From an uncultured Rhodobacterales bacterium (GTDB taxonomy: Bacteria > Pseudomonadota > Alphaproteobacteria > Rhodobacterales > Rhodobacteraceae), in the NCBI GenBank assembly GCA_964453855.1, contig CAYVRN010000003.1:7604-71603 (forward strand): DNA of 64,000 nucleotides, read 5' to 3'. Below the pieces are notes generated by a model. The model was not told where the DNA came from, did no database searches, and saw nothing but the letters and a program-made list of their open reading frames with translations. Numbering within the stretch: the first letter of the stretch is position 1; the number at the start of each line of letters is the position of its first letter. Positions 37,856 through 46,588 of this stretch are shown piece after piece. Position numbers and translations under genes: made by a program.

Positions 37856-38467
37856 TCAGAAGTTCCAAGTGATCGAGTTTAAGCCGTTGATCATAAACTG
37901 GATGCTTAACGCCGCCAATAGCATACCTAGAAGTCGGGTGGCGACTTCGATCCCTGTATGTCCTAGCAACCGCTCTAAAAAGCCGGCGGAAAGAAAGAAA
38001 AGGAAAACGATCAATATCACGCTGAGTGCGACTGCTACGACGGCCAGAGTGTCGACCATCGAATTTGCTTGCCCCATCAGCAGGATCATTGTGGCAATTG
38101 CGCCCGGTCCTGCAATTAAGGGTGTGGCAAGCGGGAAAACCGATGGATCTGGCATATCCGAAACTTTGTCTTCTCGCCGTTTGGTCCGACGTTCGAAAAG
38201 CATATCCAACGCTGTGAGGAATAGCAGTACGCCACCAGCGATTTGGAATGCAGGCATGGATATTCCAATGAAACCAAGCACTGCTTCGCCGAATAAAGCG
38301 AACGCCAAAAGGATTGTCGCGCCGATCAACGATGCGCGCACTGCAACACCGCGACGATGCTGGGCATTGGCACCTTTGGTTAATGCAACGAACAATGGTG
38401 TTAAGCCAATTGGGTCGATAACCACAAATAGTGTGGTGAATGCCGTTATTAAAAATCCTGTATCCAA
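37856..38467 (-). CDS. MarC-family (UPF0056/NAAT) integral membrane protein
   Basis: 203 aa, 6 hydrophobic segments. VVIDPIGLTPLF and LIAGPGAI are typical of MarC. TTG start. Confidence 0.7.
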   Translation of the reverse strand: MDTGFLITAFTTLFVVIDPIGLTPLFVALTKGANAQHRRGVAVRASLIGATILLAFALFGEAVLGFIGISMPAFQIAGGVLLFLTALDMLFERRTKRREDKVSDMPDPSVFPLATPLIAGPGAIATMILLMGQANSMVDTLAVVAVALSVILIVFLFFLSAGFLERLLGHTGIEVATRLLGMLLAALSIQFMINGLNSITWNF

Positions 38468-38534
38468 GGCGTGACCTTCATTTTGGCTTTAGGAGAGACG
38501 TGATAATCGACTATCGCTTAATGCGCTTTTGCGA

Positions 38535-40391
38535 TCAAGCGGGGTTCTCGACTTCGTCAAGGCGCTCTTGGGCTTCTATCCACAACACTTCAGCCCGCTC
38601 CATCGCTTCGGTGACCTCGGCGTATTTCTTGTTCCAGACGTCCAAGTCGCCCTTTTTCGCGTCGCTGTATAATTCGGGATCCGCCAGTTTAGATGAAAGC
38701 TTTTCCTCCATTTCGGCCAGTTTTGCCACGCGGTCTTCGCATTTTCGAACCTCGGCACGCAATGCCAAAAGCTTTTCCCTTGGTGCCCGTTTAGGTTTGG
38801 CTTCTGCCGCTTTCGCCGTTGTCTCAGGTTTACCCACTGCCAAAAGGAAGCGCCGGTAGGCCTCGAGATCGTCGTCAAAGGGTTCAACTGTCCCGTTCGA
38901 AACCAGCCAAAGACGATCAGCAACAAGAGACAACAGATGCATGTCGTGACTAACCAGCACAACTGCGCCGGTGTATTCGTTCAACGCTTCCATCAAAGCC
39001 TCACGGCTTTCGATGTCTAGGTGGTTTGTAGGCTCATCCAGAATCAGCAGATGGGGTGCATCCAAAGTTGCCAACAACAGAGACAACCGTGCTTTTTGAC
39101 CACCCGAAAGACGGCCAACTTCGGTTTCAGCCTGATCGACTCCTAGACCGAAGCCAGCAAGGATTGAGCGCAGTTGCGTTGGAGCCGTGTCGGGTCGCTC
39201 GCGTCGCAGGTGCTGCAACGGGGTTTCATCTATGTGTAACTCGTCTACCTGATGCTGGGCGAAATAGCCGACCCTCAATTTGCCGGCAGTTGCCATATGC
39301 CCAGCCATCTTTTCTAAACGGCCGGAAAGCAGTTTCGATAGGGTGGATTTTCCTTGGCCGTTTTTCCCCAAAAGGGCGATCCGATCATCTTGGTCAATCC
39401 GCAGGTTTAAGCCTTTCAGAACAGGTTTATCGCCATAGCCGACCACACCTCCTTCGATATTGATGATCGGTGGAGACAGAGCTTCGGGTGTTGGAAATGA
39501 GAACTTACGACGGGCGGCCTCTTCCGGTGCGGCAACCATGTCCATTTTTTCGATCATCTTCAAACGGCTTTGCGCCTGTTTGGCTTTCGAGGCTTTGTAG
39601 CGGAACCGGTCCACGAAACTTTGCAAATGGTCTTTGCGTGCCTGCTGCTTTTTCGCAGTTGCGGCAAGAATGGCCCGCTGCTCGGCCCGTTGACGCGCGA
39701 ACTGATCGTAAGACCCAGTCCAGTATGTTAGCCCTCGCTCTTCAAGATGCAAAATTCCGCCAACGGCGCGGTTCAATAAATCACGGTCGTGACTGATGAT
39801 AATCACGGTGTGAGGATATTTTGCCAAATAGGTTTCCAACCACAGCGCGCCTTCCAAATCCAGATAATTGGTCGGTTCGTCCAGCAACAACAGATCGGGC
39901 TGAGAAAACAGAACGCCGGCCAAAGCAACGCGCATGCGCCAACCACCTGAAAAATCCGAGCAGGGGCGCTTTTGGTCGTCATCGTCGAATCCAAGACCCT
40001 TTAGGATAGAAGATGCACGCGCTTCTGCTGACCAAGCATCAATATCTGTCAGACGTGTTTGAATTTCTGCGATTCTGTGGGGGTCTGTGGCTGTATCGGC
40101 TTCGGCAATCAAGGCTGAGCGCTCCACATCCGCTTGTAGAACCGTATCCAAAAGCGAAGTCTCTGACGACGGGACTTCTTGTGCGACTCCGCCGATACGT
40201 GCCCCACGCGGCACCGAAATTGAACCGCTTTCAAGAGCAAGCTCTCCGCGGATTAGTCGAAACAGAGTTGTCTTACCCGCACCGTTTGCGCCCACCAAGC
40301 CAACTTTATGTCCGGTTGGAATAATGGCTGACGCCGCTTCGAAAAGTGGACGGCCTTCGATGGCAAATGAGATCGCTTCAATCTTTAACAT
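38535..40391 (-). CDS. ABC-F family ATPase (two ABC domains, C-terminal coiled-coil; Uup/YheS-like)
   Basis: Trimmed to ATG 40389-40391 (MLKIEAISF...). Walker A twice (GANGAGKTT, GKNGQGKST), signatures twice (FSGGWRMR, LSGGQKAR). No TM domain. Confidence 0.85.
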   Translation of the reverse strand: MLKIEAISFAIEGRPLFEAASAIIPTGHKVGLVGANGAGKTTLFRLIRGELALESGSISVPRGARIGGVAQEVPSSETSLLDTVLQADVERSALIAEADTATDPHRIAEIQTRLTDIDAWSAEARASSILKGLGFDDDDQKRPCSDFSGGWRMRVALAGVLFSQPDLLLLDEPTNYLDLEGALWLETYLAKYPHTVIIISHDRDLLNRAVGGILHLEERGLTYWTGSYDQFARQRAEQRAILAATAKKQQARKDHLQSFVDRFRYKASKAKQAQSRLKMIEKMDMVAAPEEAARRKFSFPTPEALSPPIINIEGGVVGYGDKPVLKGLNLRIDQDDRIALLGKNGQGKSTLSKLLSGRLEKMAGHMATAGKLRVGYFAQHQVDELHIDETPLQHLRRERPDTAPTQLRSILAGFGLGVDQAETEVGRLSGGQKARLSLLLATLDAPHLLILDEPTNHLDIESREALMEALNEYTGAVVLVSHDMHLLSLVADRLWLVSNGTVEPFDDDLEAYRRFLLAVGKPETTAKAAEAKPKRAPREKLLALRAEVRKCEDRVAKLAEMEEKLSSKLADPELYSDAKKGDLDVWNKKYAEVTEAMERAEVLWIEAQERLDEVENPA

Positions 40392-40500
40392 AAAGGGGAA
40401 GTGGCAGAGGGCAGGGGTACTGTCAATTGACGATACCTTATCTAACAAACCGCTTGCTGATTTCCTGCTGGCCGATTACCGCAACCCAAAGGATTTACAT

Positions 40501-41676
40501 ATGGCGGAAACTTCGACACCACCAAAACTCTTAACCCTGATCCTTTTGACGGGGCTCAGCGTTTTAGCGACAAACATGTTTTTGCCGTCACTGAAACCCA
40601 TCTCGGAAGAATTTGGTGTTTCGATGGCGACGGCCTCTTTGTCGTTGGGAGTGTATTTGGCGATTACCGCTGTTCTTCAGCTGATAATGGGTCCGCTTTC
40701 GGATTTGATCGGGCGCAGGCCAGTTGTGATGCTCGGGCTCGCGATATTCTCTGTGGCCTCGATGGGATGCCTGTTTTCCTCAAATTACACGGTGTTTTTA
40801 GCGTTCAGAATTCTTCAGGGCGCGGTCGCAAGCGGAATGATTTTAAGCCGTGCCATCGTGCGAGACACGACAAGCGGCGCCGAAACCGTTCGAGTATTGG
40901 GCGTCATCGGAACTGCCATGGCTCTTGCACCAATGTTGGGTCCCGTTTTGGGAGGAGTCCTGGACCAGGCGTTTGGCTGGCGGGCCAACTTCGTTGCATA
41001 TACGATATTTGGTGTTTTGATGTTCTGGATATGCTTGCGAGACTTGCATGAGACAAATACCGCGCCTTCGTCCAGCTTTTGGGCTCAGTTTAGAACCTAT
41101 CCGACCTTGCTAAAATCTGGGCGATTTTGGGCTTGGACCTTGTGTTTGTCCAGCGGCATTGGCGGTTTTTATCTGTTTATTTCAGGCGTTCCGAGTGTTG
41201 CTGCGCATTATAGGTTAAGTCCTGCAATTACAGGGGCTGGTATCGGAATAATTTCTGCTGGCTTCATGGCTGGCAACCTGATTGTAGCACGTAGTAAAAC
41301 CGAGGGCATGCTTCTGATTGCCTTGGGTCGTTGGCTTGCGGTTGCCGGGCCGTTCGCTGCACTCATCGCTATTTGGTCGGGCTTTGATAGTCCCGCAGTC
41401 CTTTTTGCTGGTGCGATTTTTGTGGGCTTTGGCAATGGGTTGACACTTCCTGGTGCTAATGCGGGCGTGATGTCGGTTAATCCGCGTCTTTCGGGTAGTG
41501 CTGCCGGGTTGTCCGGCTCGGCAACGGTGGTGGTCGGAGCAATTGTGACGCCCCTTTCCGCCCATTTTGCATCAGGGGAAGGAGGGATGTATCGGTTGCT
41601 AATGCTTATTGTCGGCATCAAGGTTATCAGCCTTTTGACCGTGCTTTATTTGTGGCGGACGGCCAGTTCCGACTAG
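40501..41676 (+). CDS. MFS transporter (Bcr/CflA-like drug efflux subfamily)
   Basis: Trimmed to ATG 40501 (MAETSTPPKLLTLILLTGLSVL...), 12 hydrophobic segments. GPLSDLIGRRPV is MFS motif A. The track extension to 40087 is antisense to the ABC-F gene. Confidence 0.8.
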   Translation: MAETSTPPKLLTLILLTGLSVLATNMFLPSLKPISEEFGVSMATASLSLGVYLAITAVLQLIMGPLSDLIGRRPVVMLGLAIFSVASMGCLFSSNYTVFLAFRILQGAVASGMILSRAIVRDTTSGAETVRVLGVIGTAMALAPMLGPVLGGVLDQAFGWRANFVAYTIFGVLMFWICLRDLHETNTAPSSSFWAQFRTYPTLLKSGRFWAWTLCLSSGIGGFYLFISGVPSVAAHYRLSPAITGAGIGIISAGFMAGNLIVARSKTEGMLLIALGRWLAVAGPFAALIAIWSGFDSPAVLFAGAIFVGFGNGLTLPGANAGVMSVNPRLSGSAAGLSGSATVVVGAIVTPLSAHFASGEGGMYRLLMLIVGIKVISLLTVLYLWRTASSD

Positions 41677-41789
41677 AAAACTAGAGAGTTCAACTAAATA
41701 CCGGCAGATACCACTAGCGGCTTTTCAAAGCGGCAAGGGCGTGCTAGGGCGCGGCCAGAATTCATCTCTGTAAAGCAAGGAGCCCGACA

Positions 41790-42212
41790 ATGGCGCTGGA
41801 ACGCACTTTTTCGATCATCAAACCTGATGCAACCCGCCGCAACCTGACCGGCGCGATTAACGCGAAATTCGAAGAAGCTGGTCTTCGTATTGTAGCGCAG
41901 AAGCGCATTCACCTGACCAAAGCGCAGGCGGGCGAGTTCTACGCCGTGCACAAAGAGCGCCCCTTCTACGACGAACTGTGTGAATTCATGGCGTCGGCGC
42001 CTATCGTTGCTCAGGTTCTGGAAGGCGAAGGTGCGATTGCAAAAAACCGCGAAGTTATGGGCGCAACCAACCCTGCGGACGCAGCGCCTGGAACCATTCG
42101 TGCGGAATTCGCTGAATCTGTTGGCGAAAACTCGGTTCACGGTTCGGATGCGCCGGAAACGGCTGCGGTTGAAATCGCGTATTTCTTCTCGGGTCTTGAG
42201 CTGGTTGGCTAA
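41790..42212 (+). CDS. ndk: Nucleoside diphosphate kinase
   Basis: 140 aa. [11 protein letters not shown] and NSVHGSD (active-site His). AAGGAG SD. Confidence 0.95.
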   Translation: MALERTFSIIKPDATRRNLTGAINAKFEEAGLRIVAQKRIHLTKAQAGEFYAVHKERPFYDELCEFMASAPIVAQVLEGEGAIAKNREVMGATNPADAAPGTIRAEFAESVGENSVHGSDAPETAAVEIAYFFSGLELVG

Positions 42213-42249
42213 GGACTCGCGACGAATTAAGGTCGCTGTGACATTCTTT

Positions 42250-42285
42250 GGGGCGGTTGCTTAGGCAGCCGCCCTTTTTCGGTTT
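42250..42285 (+). terminator. Rho-independent terminator after ndk
   Basis: GGGCGGUUGC-uuag-GCAGCCGCCC stem (one G-U/mismatch), followed by UUUUUCGGUUU. Confidence 0.7.
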
Positions 42286-42293
42286 GGCGGGGT

Positions 42294-43112
42294 TTATATC
42301 CCCATTGGTAAGCCGCCTGTTACGGGTAAGGCGATGCCAGTGATGTAGGCCGAACCGTAACCTGCCAGGTAAGCAACGGTTTTGGCAACGTCTTCGGGTT
42401 GACCGGCATCGCGAAGGGCCACAGCCTCGTAGCGTTCTGCTTTGATCTGATCCACACTGACGCCTCGCGCGGAAGCGATCCGTTCATTTGCCGCAGTGTG
42501 CATATCGGTTGCGATGTATCCCGGCGCGACAAGATTGCACAGGATTCCATATTTGCCGAATTCCGCGGCCAGTGTTTTGGTCATGCCCAGCAGCCCGTGC
42601 TTTGATGCGGTGTAGGCACCGAAGCCTTCTCGTGCGGCAAGGCTTGAAATTGAACCGATGTTAATGATCCGGCCCCAACCATTTTTCTGCATGCTGGGAA
42701 TTGCTGCTTGGCACAGCAGCATCGGACCCAAAACATTGATGCGGAAGCTTTGGTCCCATTGATCAGCGGTTGTATTCAAAAACGGACCCGTGCCTGCCAG
42801 CGTGCCTGCATTGTTGACCAATATGTCGATTGATCCGAAAGAGCTGATTGTCGTGGCAGTCGCCTTGGCGATTTGTTGTGTGTCAGTAACATCCAGCGGT
42901 AGGGGTAGGGCATTGCCACCATTGCTGGTAATCTCAGCGGCGAGGTCTTCCAATAACCTAATGCGGTCTGTGCCATCCTCGTTTTGCCCGGGCATGTCAG
43001 TCACCACAACATTCGCACCATCTTTTGCTAGGCGTTTTGCGCAAGCCCGACCAATTCCATTGAGTGTAGACGCACCTGTGATCAACGCTGTTTTTCCCTT
43101 GAGCTCTGGCAT
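42294..43112 (-). CDS. Short-chain dehydrogenase/reductase (SDR)
   Basis: Trimmed to ATG 43110-43112 (MPELKGKTALITGAS...). TGxxxGIG cofactor motif, NNAG, catalytic YTASK. Confidence 0.85.
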   Translation of the reverse strand: MPELKGKTALITGASTLNGIGRACAKRLAKDGANVVVTDMPGQNEDGTDRIRLLEDLAAEITSNGGNALPLPLDVTDTQQIAKATATTISSFGSIDILVNNAGTLAGTGPFLNTTADQWDQSFRINVLGPMLLCQAAIPSMQKNGWGRIINIGSISSLAAREGFGAYTASKHGLLGMTKTLAAEFGKYGILCNLVAPGYIATDMHTAANERIASARGVSVDQIKAERYEAVALRDAGQPEDVAKTVAYLAGYGSAYITGIALPVTGGLPMGI

Positions 43113-43263
43113 GTCGGTCCCCTGTGTAAATATGGCTTTTCTATAGGTACTAATGAACGGGTGGGGTTCATAGCGCTTTCCCGACATGCCATGTGCAAAT
43201 TACGCTCTGGCACCTGACAGCCCTGCATGGCAAAACAACTACGAACACTGAACGGAGCGCGAT

Positions 43264-46065
43264 ATGACCACTACTTTCGGCAAGGGTTGCCATCTGCATC
43301 TGATAGACGGCTCGGCGTTTATCTTTCGCGCATATCACGCGTTACCGCCTTTGACCCGAAAGTCTGATGGATTGCCAGTCGGGGCAGTTGCCGGTTTCTG
43401 CAACATGCTCCACCGCTATGTCGAGGGTAACACAGGGCCTGATGCCCCGACTCATGTGGCGGTAATTTTTGACTATTCGGGCAAGTCATTCCGAAATGAC
43501 ATGTACGACCAGTACAAAGCCAACCGCCCCCCTGCACCCGAGGATCTGGTACCTCAATTCCCTTTAACCCGTGAAGCAACCAAAGCCTTTAACATCGCCT
43601 GTGAAGAGGTCGAGGGATATGAGGCCGATGACATCATCGCAACCTTGGCCGTTCAAGCGCGCGAGGCGGGTGGGCGCTGTACGATCATCAGTTCAGACAA
43701 GGACCTGATGCAGTTGGTCGGCGACGGCGTGGAAATGCTGGATGCGATGAAGAACAAACGCATCGGGCGCGACGGAGTAATGGAAAAATTCGGTGTTGGC
43801 CCCGAGCGTGTTGTGGATGTTCAGGCTTTGGCGGGCGACTCGGTGGATAATGTGCCGGGCGCGCCGGGGATCGGGATCAAGACTGCGGCGCTTTTGATAA
43901 ACGAATTCGGCACGCTAGAAGAACTTCTGGACCGTGCCCAGGAAGTCCCGCAGCCCAAGCGACGCCAGACTCTGATTGAAAATCGCGCGCAGATCGAGTT
44001 GTCGAAGCGACTGGTTTCTCTGGATTGCAACACGCCGTTGGATTTCACCTTAGATGACCTCGAGGTCAAAGAACCTGATCCAGTAGTGCTGCTGAAGTTC
44101 CTCTCGGAAATGGAGTTCCGCACTTTGACAAAGCGGATCGCGGATCAGGCTGGCGTCGAGGCACCAGTCATTGAAGACACAAATACCGCTTCAGATGCAC
44201 CGGTTGCGAAAGAGGCGGTGCCATTCGATACCGACAGTTATGAGTGTGTAAATACGATTGAGGCGCTGCAACGCTGGATAGATCGGATCAATTATGTCGG
44301 TCACGTCGCTGTGGACACTGAAACCACCGGTCTGGACGAGATGGTGGCCGATCTTGTCGGCATTTCGCTGTGCGTCGATGCGGGGCAGGCCTGTTATATC
44401 CCACTAACCCATAAAAAGGGTGCGTCGGATGATCTTTTCGGTTCGGAAGAACTGGTGGACGGTCAGTTGCCTTTGCCAGTCGTGCTTGATGCCCTAAAAC
44501 CCGTTCTAGAAAGTAATGCGGTTCTGAAAATCGGTCAAAACATGAAATATGACGCCAAGATTTTCAGTCGCTATGGCGTGGACGTGGCGCCGTTCGATGA
44601 CACGATGCTGATGAGCTACGCTTTACATGCCGGATTGCACGGGCACGGGATGGACGCTCTATCAGAACGCTATTTGCACCACACACCAATCCCGATCAAA
44701 TCACTGCTTGGAACTGGCAAGTCTGCCATCACATTTGATCGCGTGCCGTTGAATGAAGCGGTGAACTATGCGGCTGAGGATGCGGATATCACACTGCGGC
44801 TATGGGAACTGCTAAAGCCTCAGTTGCATAGTGCCCATGTCACACGCGTTTACGAACGCCTCGAACGTCCTTTGGTGCAAGTGTTGGCGCAAATGGAAAT
44901 GCACGGGATCAAAGTGGACCGCGACACGCTCAGCCGCATGTCTAATGCCTTTGCCCAGAAAATGGCGGGGCTAGAATCCGAGCTATACGACCTTGCGGGG
45001 CACGAGTTTAACGTGCAGTCACCAGCGCAGGTGGGCAGCATTCTGTTTGACGAAATGGCGCTGGAAGGCGGTAAAAAAACCAAGACAGGCCAGTGGTCGA
45101 CCCCTGCCGATGTGCTGGAAGACCTTGCGACTGAGCATGAATTTGCAGCTCGAGTGCTTGACTATCGTCAGTTGGCCAAGCTGAAATCGACCTATACTGA
45201 CGCTTTGCAGGGCCATATCAACTCTGAAACGGGGCGGGTGCACACTTCTTACATTCAATCGGGGGCATCCACCGGTCGTCTGGCCTCGACCGATCCGAAC
45301 CTGCAGAACATTCCGGTGCGATCAGAAGAAGGGCGGCGTATTCGTGAGGCTTTTATCTCGGATACGGGAAAAACATTGGTTTCTCTCGACTATTCCCAGA
45401 TTGAACTTCGCATTCTGGCCCATGTGGCTGGCATTGAAACTCTGAAACAGGCGTTCCGTGATGGGCATGACATTCACGCGATGACAGCGTCAGAAATGTT
45501 CGACGTGCCACTAGATGAAATGACCGGCGACATCCGCCGTCAGGCCAAGGCGATTAACTTTGGTGTCATCTATGGGATCAGCGGGTTCGGTCTGGCGCGC
45601 AATTTGCGGATTCCTAGGGCCGAGGCGCAGGGCTTTATCGACCGATATTTCGAACGCTTCCCCGGTATTCGGGCTTATATGGATGAAACGGTTGCCTTTG
45701 CGAAAGAGCATAATCGCGTTCAAACTTTGTTTGGTCGTGTCATCCATACGCCCGAGATCAATGCAAAAGGACCGGGAGCCGGATTTGCCAAACGTGCGGC
45801 GATCAACGCGCCTATTCAGGGTACTGCGGCAGATATCATCCGACGTGCGATGATCCGGATGCCAGAGGCGATTTCTGGGCTACCTGCCAAAATGTTGTTG
45901 CAGGTCCATGACGAACTTATCTTCGAGGTTGAAGATGGTGCTGCGGATGATCTGATTGATATCGCGCGTGGTGTGATGGAAGGCGCAGCGGAACCCGTGA
46001 TCAAGCTGGATGTGCCGTTGGTGGTTGACGCAGGCCAAGGCGCGAATTGGGCTGAGGCGCATTAA
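43264..46065 (+). CDS. polA: DNA polymerase I
   Basis: 933 aa. 5'-nuclease N-terminus (LIDGSAFIFRAYHA), 3'-5' exo domain (VAVDTETTGLD), pol motifs DYSQIELR, RRQAKAINFGVIYG and QVHDELIFE. Confidence 0.95.
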   Translation: MTTTFGKGCHLHLIDGSAFIFRAYHALPPLTRKSDGLPVGAVAGFCNMLHRYVEGNTGPDAPTHVAVIFDYSGKSFRNDMYDQYKANRPPAPEDLVPQFPLTREATKAFNIACEEVEGYEADDIIATLAVQAREAGGRCTIISSDKDLMQLVGDGVEMLDAMKNKRIGRDGVMEKFGVGPERVVDVQALAGDSVDNVPGAPGIGIKTAALLINEFGTLEELLDRAQEVPQPKRRQTLIENRAQIELSKRLVSLDCNTPLDFTLDDLEVKEPDPVVLLKFLSEMEFRTLTKRIADQAGVEAPVIEDTNTASDAPVAKEAVPFDTDSYECVNTIEALQRWIDRINYVGHVAVDTETTGLDEMVADLVGISLCVDAGQACYIPLTHKKGASDDLFGSEELVDGQLPLPVVLDALKPVLESNAVLKIGQNMKYDAKIFSRYGVDVAPFDDTMLMSYALHAGLHGHGMDALSERYLHHTPIPIKSLLGTGKSAITFDRVPLNEAVNYAAEDADITLRLWELLKPQLHSAHVTRVYERLERPLVQVLAQMEMHGIKVDRDTLSRMSNAFAQKMAGLESELYDLAGHEFNVQSPAQVGSILFDEMALEGGKKTKTGQWSTPADVLEDLATEHEFAARVLDYRQLAKLKSTYTDALQGHINSETGRVHTSYIQSGASTGRLASTDPNLQNIPVRSEEGRRIREAFISDTGKTLVSLDYSQIELRILAHVAGIETLKQAFRDGHDIHAMTASEMFDVPLDEMTGDIRRQAKAINFGVIYGISGFGLARNLRIPRAEAQGFIDRYFERFPGIRAYMDETVAFAKEHNRVQTLFGRVIHTPEINAKGPGAGFAKRAAINAPIQGTAADIIRRAMIRMPEAISGLPAKMLLQVHDELIFEVEDGAADDLIDIARGVMEGAAEPVIKLDVPLVVDAGQGANWAEAH

Positions 46066-46391
46066 TGCCACACGCGGATTTAAAATACTCGGCTGATTTG
46101 CAGATTGATGCGGGTTTGATCCTGCTTCGTATCGAGGAGTGTATCAATACGCATGATGCGGGGGCAGGGGCATGCAAGGGGGGCGCCTATCGGGCTGAAG
46201 TGTTTCACCATACACATTTGTTGGTCGAAATATCGCTGTTACCAAAACCGCATAGAAATGCCGAGTTCACTATCGCTCTAAGAGATGATTTGGAGCAGGT
46301 CATTAAGTCATGTTTGAACCAACCCTGTGCTTTTTCATTAGCGCTAAGTTATTCGGACGCGTTTTATATAACGAACCGGTTTGAACCCTAA
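46065..46391 (+). CDS. 5-carboxymethyl-2-hydroxymuconate isomerase-family (tautomerase-superfamily) protein
   Basis: 108 aa. Starts MPH (catalytic Pro1 after Met removal). The overall pattern resembles HpcD/HpaF. 1-nt TAATG overlap with the polA stop. Confidence 0.55.
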   Translation: MPHADLKYSADLQIDAGLILLRIEECINTHDAGAGACKGGAYRAEVFHHTHLLVEISLLPKPHRNAEFTIALRDDLEQVIKSCLNQPCAFSLALSYSDAFYITNRFEP

Positions 46392-46588
46392 TTGTTGTTG
46401 GGCGCGGCGATATAGGCAATTTCACTTACGGTCATATTTGCTAAGAAGATCGGCGATCCGTGGATCACCAAGACTTGCATGACTGCATGAGTTGGTATAC
46501 AACGGCATACAACAATGTTGGGCTTGATACATTTGAACCAGATGTTCGGCCTGACTGGACTTTCAGACACTAACGCGCAGGAACTGTC

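Noticed and set aside
37806-38474. 222-aa + strand ORF antisense to the MarC-family gene. Similar long antisense ORFs occur at 35803-36258, 59559-60245, 7529-8137 and 56199-56708.
   Set aside because: All lie opposite confidently identified genes. They have Ser/Arg/Ala/Pro-biased translations and lack ribosome-binding sites.
40087-40500. 138-codon N-terminal extension of the MFS transporter ORF (track ORF 40087..41676)
   Set aside because: The extension is antisense to the 5' part of the ABC-F gene and has no transporter-like sequence. The MFS fold begins at ATG 40501.
46388-46573. 60-aa minus-strand ORF (46388-46570) and a 28-codon + strand uORF (46487-46573) in the acnB upstream region
   Set aside because: Neither has a Shine-Dalgarno and there are no recognisable motifs. 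The minus ORF overlaps the end of the isomerase gene. They are most likely chance ORFs in a 197-nt promoter region.
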